Positions 45,640 to 51,700 of a stretch of 51,700 bases of DNA are shown in pieces (position 1 is the first letter of the stretch; every line of letters begins with the position of its first letter). Origin of the DNA: a bacterium (lineage in GTDB: Bacteria > Zhuqueibacterota > Zhuqueibacteria > Oceanimicrobiales > Oceanimicrobiaceae); the NCBI GenBank assembly GCA_037446635.1, contig JBBIIG010000019.1, positions 1 through 51,700 of the forward strand, written 5' to 3'. The position numbers were made by a program, and so were the translations under genes. The notes beneath the pieces are model-generated. The model did no database searches, had not been told where the DNA came from, and was given only the letters and a program-made list of their open reading frames with translations.

Positions 45640-48462
45640 CTACCGCACCAGCGCCATCCGCCGCGTTTGAACAAAACTACCGGCGCGGAGTTGATAAAAG
45701 AAAACACCGCTGGCCACCATCTGACCCTGGTCATCGCGGCCATCCCAATTTATGATGTAATAACCAGCCTGATGAGTTCGATTCACCAGCGTTCGTACCT
45801 GTCTGCCCAGCATGTCGAAAATTTCAAGCTTAACCTCGGCTTGTTGCGGCAGTTCATACTTGATGGTGGTGCTCGGGTTAAACGGATTGGGATAGTTCTG
45901 GCTCAGGCTGAATTCTCGAGGAATCGGGTCACCGGCATAAACGTCCGTTGGGATATCGATGCGGAATCGACGCGGCTCGCTGAACGGTCCCCAACCGGCG
46001 ACATTGCCGGCCCGGACTCGCCACCAATAAGTTTGCTCATCAACAAGTTGCTCAACCACCTTCGTGGTATCCCCAGCTGTGAGGGTTGAATCGATGACGG
46101 GCTTGGTCAGCAACGAATCGGTGGCGATCTCGAACCAGTAGCGGCTTACCGCCGGCTGACTTTGCTGCCAGGTGAATTGCACATTATTGGCTTCAATAAC
46201 AGCTCCAGGCGCTGGCGATAACAACACCACCTGGCTTGGCAATTGGATGATGGTGGTAAAGTTGCGAACCTCCGAGAAGGCGCTTGTACCGCCGATATTC
46301 TTTGCGCTTACGCGCCAGTAATAAGTGGTGTTATTTGCCAATGGCCCGACTTGGCGGGAGGTCGTGGTTATGGTGGAATCATCGACAATCGGTGTGGAAA
46401 AATCCGAGTTCGTTGAAACTTGCAGGCGATAGCTCTCGGCACCCGCTGAAGCATTCCAACTGAGCGTGAGGGTCGTTGGTTGGTTGACTGCCCCATTGCT
46501 AGGCGTGGCCAGAGTGGGTGCGGCAGGAGCCTGAATACCGGAGGGTTCAATAAGGTTGAGCACCTGGTTGACCGCGACGTTAGTAAACGTTTCTACGCCG
46601 CCAGCCGGCCAGGATACGACCAGCGACTCAACGATTTGTGCTTGTCCCAATCCGAAATGCAGTTCCAGGCCGTTTTGGGCGGAGCGGCCAGTTTGCGCTG
46701 AAATTTCTTGTAACTGCCATACCTCTTTTCCGTTAACGATGGTTTTGGCCTGCACTTTCGTCCCAATGGCGGAACGGTTGGAAAGAGTTCCCTTGCAGCG
46801 GACTTTGAGCCAGTTGTTGTTTCCACCGGTGTTGCGAAAGAGTTGGTTATTGAAATTATGTACCGCCACAAAAAGGTCGAGATGGCTATCGCCATCATAG
46901 TCCACCCAGGAGCAGCTTCTTCCAAAGCTTGAACCGCTCACACCGAAACCGGCGGCCCCGTAAAAAAATTCACCTTCCGGGGTCCCATTGATGTCCAGGC
47001 CTGATTGAATAGTGAACAGGTCTGAATCGCCGTCGTTGTCAAAGTCCCCCCAACTACTTGCCGCCGCGCTGTCGGTGGTGGTACTCAAAAACATCTGTCT
47101 ACTTGAAAATGTCCCATTGCCTTCGTTGGTGTAGAGGAGGTCATAATGCAAATCGCCACTTATCTCCCTCCTATTCATGACAAGTAAATCGAAATCGCCG
47201 TCGTTGTCATAATCGGCCCAGCTTGCGGCAATAGAGCTGTGAGTATCTGTTACTATCACATCGGAGGTGACTTTTTCAAACTTACCATCACCAAGATTGC
47301 GATAGAGGAAATTTGGTTGATTAACCGTGTTGGTGACAAACAAATCGTCGTCGCCATCGCCGTCGTAATCAATCCAGTTGCAGCCTGTCGAGTTACTTGC
47401 TTCGCTGACCACAATATTGGTCGGATCGGCTGTGGAAAACGTGCCGTTGCCATTATTAATGTAAAGCGAATTCTTTTGATTATCCCCATTAGCGACGAAC
47501 AGATCGACATCTCCATCCCTGTCATAATCCCCCCAGGCGGCACCGAGGGATTTAAAGTTGTCAGTTACGATTGCCCCGCTGGTGATCTTAGTAAACGTGC
47601 CGTTACCATTGTTGGCATAGAGAAAGTTTGGGCCGTCGTTGGTAACGAACAGGTCGAGATCGTCATCGTTATCGTAGTCAGCACAGGTACAGCCGGTCGA
47701 GTTGCCATCGTCTTGCACGACGGCGCCGGTGGTCACCTCCTGAAAGGTGCCATTGCCGCGATTGAGGAACAGTTGATTTTTATCTGAAGTTGTACTCAAC
47801 GAAGACTTTTTTCCGTTCGGAATAAACAGATCGAGAGTACCGTCGTTATCAAAATCACCCCAGCAGCCGCCATTTGATGCAAGAGAATTGGAACCCAAAA
47901 CATTACTCTGATCAGTGAACGTATAAGCGGGGGTGTAATCACCGGCGCCGAGGAGCAGATGCCGGACATTGCCGAAGGAAGTCAGTTTCAAATTTGCCAG
48001 TTCGCCTCCGGAGAAGACCGCGCTTTTCCCAATCAAATCGTCTGGCCCATCGCTCCCATCACTGCCTCCGCTGTTCTCTACCGGACAGGGGTTACTATCG
48101 TCCTCCGAGGTGATAAGGAAAATATTTTTATTTTGCACGTCGGCTAATGTGACAGGAAAGGCGCCATCGGGTGGTTTGGAGAAATAAGCTGCGAGGCCGA
48201 TATAAAGGATATCGGACCAATCAACCCCTGTAAGCCCCCTATTCTGTCCGGAACAGCCCAGGAATTGTGCGCTATCGGCGCTGACCTGCCAGTACATGTG
48301 GATTTCGACTTCCAGCGCCGGCTGGAAAATTTGGTCTGTTTCCCCAGTGACGCGTATTTCTCTTATGAAGAGGCGATCATCATTTTGTGCGAAAATTGTT
48401 GTTTTCCCCCCAAAGAAAAAAATGACCACGAAAAGCATGAATACTTTTATCATTGCTTTCAT
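45640..48462 (-). CDS. Secreted FG-GAP/ASPIC-UnbV (CRTAC1-like) protein with FN3-like repeats and C-terminal T9SS-type/FlgD-like sorting domain
   Basis: Signal peptide; repeated W-x-DYDNDGD-x-DLFV; LHFGLG; TTYYWRV; LSQNYPNPFNPSTTI...WDG. Confidence 0.88.
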   Translation of the reverse strand: MKAMIKVFMLFVVIFFFGGKTTIFAQNDDRLFIREIRVTGETDQIFQPALEVEIHMYWQVSADSAQFLGCSGQNRGLTGVDWSDILYIGLAAYFSKPPDGAFPVTLADVQNKNIFLITSEDDSNPCPVENSGGSDGSDGPDDLIGKSAVFSGGELANLKLTSFGNVRHLLLGAGDYTPAYTFTDQSNVLGSNSLASNGGCWGDFDNDGTLDLFIPNGKKSSLSTTSDKNQLFLNRGNGTFQEVTTGAVVQDDGNSTGCTCADYDNDDDLDLFVTNDGPNFLYANNGNGTFTKITSGAIVTDNFKSLGAAWGDYDRDGDVDLFVANGDNQKNSLYINNGNGTFSTADPTNIVVSEASNSTGCNWIDYDGDGDDDLFVTNTVNQPNFLYRNLGDGKFEKVTSDVIVTDTHSSIAASWADYDNDGDFDLLVMNRREISGDLHYDLLYTNEGNGTFSSRQMFLSTTTDSAAASSWGDFDNDGDSDLFTIQSGLDINGTPEGEFFYGAAGFGVSGSSFGRSCSWVDYDGDSHLDLFVAVHNFNNQLFRNTGGNNNWLKVRCKGTLSNRSAIGTKVQAKTIVNGKEVWQLQEISAQTGRSAQNGLELHFGLGQAQIVESLVVSWPAGGVETFTNVAVNQVLNLIEPSGIQAPAAPTLATPSNGAVNQPTTLTLSWNASAGAESYRLQVSTNSDFSTPIVDDSTITTTSRQVGPLANNTTYYWRVSAKNIGGTSAFSEVRNFTTIIQLPSQVVLLSPAPGAVIEANNVQFTWQQSQPAVSRYWFEIATDSLLTKPVIDSTLTAGDTTKVVEQLVDEQTYWWRVRAGNVAGWGPFSEPRRFRIDIPTDVYAGDPIPREFSLSQNYPNPFNPSTTIKYELPQQAEVKLEIFDMLGRQVRTLVNRTHQAGYYIINWDGRDDQGQMVASGVFFYQLRAGSFVQTRRMALVR

Positions 48463-48558
48463 TTTGCACCCTCCCACAATTTTTTTCTTCTCCCGAAATC
48501 ATATCTTTGAGCGCGCGGATTGGGGAGAAATCATCCACGCGCTCATGGTTGTTTACAA

Positions 48559-49699
48559 TTATTGAAAAGTTACTTCCACCAGACGCAGCTCACCCTGCAG
48601 AATACCCTGCGGATTGAAGTAGCTCACATAAATGGTTTTCCCATTGTTTTTGCTTAACTCGATATGCTCCTGTCCAGCATAATTGTTAGAGCTGGATGGC
48701 ATACCCGTAAACAATTCCGTTGCTGCGCTCCACGGGCCTTCCGGGCTGCTCGCGGTTCTGAAGACAACTTTGTCGGATAAAGCCTGGCTATGAATGGCGA
48801 CGAAGGTTTGCAGATACGCATTGTATGAAACCGTCACAGCGCCAGGGATGCCGGACATGACCGCTACCGCTTGATTCACATCGTTCACCCAGGCCGAGCC
48901 GTTCCAAAATTGGTAAGCCGAACGCTTGGTGGCTTTTTTAAGCGGCGCACGCGCCACACCGTACGGTAGAAACGAACCGGTGGGGAGTCTGCCATAAAGA
49001 TAAACCATTCCGTCAAAAAGCATCTCGGCTGAACTGCGGCTCGGTGGCTTCGAACAGCAATCCAGGATTGCGTTGCGACGTCCTTTTCCCTGAAGCGAAA
49101 TTAGCCGTTCCAACACCCAGAGGTTGATAATTCAAAGTGCCGGGCATGACATGAACCTTCAGGTAAAATGCCAGCCCACTTTTCTTGTTCTTCGGCACCA
49201 TGCCGCCGGGCCAAATCGCGATGCGATCATCAGGCCTTCCAGTCGATTCATTGTAGGCTTGCTCTTCCGCTGTGAAGGGAATCGCTTGAAAGGGCGCGCC
49301 GTTGGCGTCCAGCGGTTCCGTGACCGCAAGCGGAGTAGCAAGATTAGCGAGAGCGGCTGTATTGCAGCGGTAGGTTTTGCCGTCGACTGAGATAATCCCC
49401 GGCTTGAAAATCGTATCACCGAAGTGCCAGAGAATTTTGCCGCCGACCAGCGTGCTCGACCCGCCATCGCGTACCAACACGGATGAGGGCTTTGCCACGA
49501 CGCCGAGGTCGGTGACCGAGGCTACCACGGGGGCAGCCAGAACTTGCTGCGCATTGGTTTCGGACGCCTTGGCCAGATTTTGCTGCGCATCGGTCATAGC
49601 TTCATTGGGCATTTTTTCGCATCCCCAATACAGCATGGCCAGGAATATAAAGGTACTTCTTCTTAGTTTCGGAATTAAAAGATTCATTCGGCGAAACAT
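48559..49699 (-). pseudogene. DUF4185-like beta-propeller lipoprotein split by a frameshift near 49015
   Basis: YWGC lipobox and RDGG...WHFGDT; frame 1 ends QFSRDAF*, frame 2 continues DGMVYLYG...FWNG...PEGPWS. Confidence 0.7.
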
Positions 49700-49970
49700 A
49701 ACACACCTCACTTTGGTTATGACCAACTCACTCGGATTTTCGATTCTCAGATCTGATCTCCCTGTGCTCGATGCGATACACGTCCTTGCTACCTTCCCCC
49801 CGTGCCGATAGGAAGCCCGATAACGATACCTGATAACCCGCCCACTCGTAGACTTCTGAAAAATGGATGGACGCGATCTTTAGAGCTTATGCGCAACGGC
49901 AACAAAGGGGCTCGGGATACCGCCTGAGATAAAATGCTGTAGAATCGCCGAAGCCCCGCGAGTGTATCTT

Positions 49971-50476
49971 TTAAAAGCCAAATCCAAAGCTCACGCCAAC
50001 CAGAGGCAAAACGCCGCCGGAGGCAAAGATGGGGGTAAAGCCAACACGAAAATTGAATCCGCCTTTTTGCGGTTGGTAGCGATATCCAATCGTTGCTGTG
50101 CCGCCGACGCCAGATTCTTCGAAGCCGATTTCGTCAAACTTGCCCGAGGCGAAAGCGAAAAGCGGCCCGACGCCAACCTCAAATTTGTGATTGTTGCCTT
50201 TGAGGTAATTCACCATCACCGGCACCAGCGTGACAGTGACATTGCCACCGTTCGGCGACCGCCCATTCACCGAAAAAAGCATCACGCCAATACGCCCGCT
50301 GGCCGTCGGCGACAACAGCCGGTCGTAATTGACTGAATAGATTCCGGCGTTACCAAGCAGCTCCAGGTAAACACTGCTGCGCGCCGAGTGGGCTGATTGC
50401 GCCTTCACTAAATCGGTAGCGGCGAAGAGGACAATTCCTAAGGTTGATAACAGTATGAAACCGACTTTTTGCGCAT
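49971..50476 (-). pseudogene. Small outer-membrane beta-barrel-like protein, frameshift in an A5 run just after the start
   Basis: GGAGG RBS and ATG at 50476; adding one A restores MRKKVGFILLSTLGIVLFAATDLVKA (signal peptide) in frame with SVYLELLG...GVSFGFGF. Confidence 0.7.
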
Positions 50477-50531
50477 ACTACCTCCCTTTTGGTGTAAGAT
50501 GGTTATTAGTCAGTTAATGATTTACTCTTTC

Positions 50532-50559
50532 ATACGCATGAAAGCATCAACGCCCTACC
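50532..50559 (-). promoter_or_regulatory. Candidate ECF sigma promoter of the divergent operon
   Basis: GGTAGGG-N16-CGTAT, same geometry as 51272-51299. Confidence 0.6.
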
Positions 50560-50699
50560 GTTAGCCGAGCAGGAAAAAAGTTATGAAACTTATTTAGTTT
50601 ATTTTGTGCTTTTTTGTATTTCGTAATGGAAGTCTTAATATGTCGTCATCAGGGGATAGACCTCAGGGTTTGTTACAATAAAGGCTCGAGGATTAGTCA

Positions 50700-51257
50700 A
50701 TGACGATCGAGATTTTCAACATTACAGCGGATAAGGAATTAGTAAGTGCCATCAAGAATTCCGATCATTGCGCTTTTGAAGTATTCTTTCGTCGGCATTT
50801 TGAATGCATTTATCGCTTTATCTGGCAGTTTGTTCGGAACGAAGAGACGGCGAATGATTTGGCCCAGGATACCTTTCTGAAAATCTGGGAGATGCGCAAA
50901 AGGCTGGATCCCGATAAATCTGTCAAAGCCCTTTTGCAAGCCATCGCCCGCAACCAGGCGATCAGTTGGCTGCGTATTCCGCAAAATCGTCATCTTTCCC
51001 TGGATGGATATGATTTTCCTGAAAAAAATGCCAAGGTAACAAATGACGAATTGATCGGTAGATTGCACAACGTCATCAAGGAATTAGAAGAACCTTTGCG
51101 GGTGGTGATCAATTTGCGACTCCGGGGCCTGAAGGATAAAGAAATTGCCGATCTTTTGAATGTTTCTATCGCTACGGTGGATAAACGGAAATCACAGGCA
51201 TTTAGGATCATCCGAAAACGATTACACTCATTCCTATCGCTTCTGATATTTTTTTGA
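50700..51257 (+). CDS. ECF RNA polymerase sigma-70 factor
   Basis: AFEVFFRRH, ANDLAQDTFLKIWE (region 2), KEIADLLNVSIATV (region 4); followed by a FecR-like gene. Confidence 0.9.
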   Translation: MTIEIFNITADKELVSAIKNSDHCAFEVFFRRHFECIYRFIWQFVRNEETANDLAQDTFLKIWEMRKRLDPDKSVKALLQAIARNQAISWLRIPQNRHLSLDGYDFPEKNAKVTNDELIGRLHNVIKELEEPLRVVINLRLRGLKDKEIADLLNVSIATVDKRKSQAFRIIRKRLHSFLSLLIFF

Positions 51258-51271
51258 GATTTTATATATGT

Positions 51272-51299
51272 GGTAGGGATTTTGAAAACTGCCTCGTAT
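51272..51299 (+). promoter_or_regulatory. Candidate ECF sigma promoter upstream of the anti-sigma gene
   Basis: GGTAGGG-N16-CGTAT. Confidence 0.6.
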
Positions 51300-51401
51300 T
51301 TTAATGATTGCCTTTTGTGTCGTTAACGTTTTTAAGTGTTGAGGCGTATTTAATTCCGGTAGGTAGTGATAGCGGCGGGAATCTGGCATTTGGAGCGGAT
51401 A

Positions 51402-51700
51402 ATGTCAAAGAAGATGAACCGTAACGATTACCTGGAATTGATGTTTCGTATTTTAGAAGCGGAAGCGACGGCGGAAGAGCAGCAGGCGCTGAAACAATGG
51501 CTGAATGAAGCCTACAAAAATCGGAAGTTGTTTATCGAGGTGAAAAAAATCTGGCAGGCCGCGCGGAGACAGACTCCGAAATCCGTTCCGGATTTGGAGG
51601 CAGTCTGGCAAAAGGTCGCGGTGCGGATTCAGGTTAGCGAATCGGCTCGGGTTATTCCTATTCGTCCACGAAAAGTATCGCTGAATACCCTGTTTTTTTC
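51402..51700 (+). CDS. FecR-like anti-sigma factor, N-terminal part (runs off the window)
   Basis: Manual translation MSKKMNRNDYLELMFRILEAEATAEEQQALKQWLNEAYKNRKLFIEVKKIW...DLEAVWQKV. Confidence 0.8.
   Translation, partial: MSKKMNRNDYLELMFRILEAEATAEEQQALKQWLNEAYKNRKLFIEVKKIWQAARRQTPKSVPDLEAVWQKVAVRIQVSESARVIPIRPRKVSLNTLFF

Noticed and set aside
43263..51700. Genomic island integrated at tRNA-Arg
   Set aside because: No integrase, no duplicate tRNA 3' end seen, and the next gene is an ordinary metabolic enzyme

Overview
Bacterial chromosomal window of about 40 genes. TonB/TonB-dependent receptor, TolC/RND, ECF-FecR and a C-terminal T9SS-type/FlgD-like sorting domain suggest a diderm from the FCB neighbourhood such as KSB1 or Calditrichota (inference only). 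Left: a minus-strand block with a GCS2/YbdK carboxylate-amine ligase, M29 aminopeptidase, Npt1-type transporter fused to HEAT repeats, cNMP-binding protein, receiver protein and GAF protein; then CBS, TonB, YjbQ and an NtrC/NtrY-like two-component pair next to a sigma54-driven MacAB-type ABC exporter. Middle: TolC-MFP-RND pump, an orphan PduS/PduT microcompartment pair, a TonB-dependent receptor and a fused E2-E1 2-oxoglutarate dehydrogenase. Right: several toxin-antitoxin-like pairs, thermonuclease, an S8 protease with a CFI-box tail, leuS, tRNA-Arg(TCT), glycogen debranching enzyme, and an ECF/FecR locus with a divergent secreted-protein operon. Most notable unexplained signals: a promoter- and terminator-bounded ~94-nt RNA before yjbQ; a synonymously diverged copy of the sucA 3' end bracketing decayed TA cassettes; a shared GGTAGGG-N16-CGTAT motif on both sides of the ECF gene; intergenic short-period repeat elements, one holding a four-helix-bundle remnant; and frameshifts confined to accessory genes. 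No CRISPR array, rRNA, integrase or intact transposase was seen. All family calls come from reading motifs by eye, without database searches.
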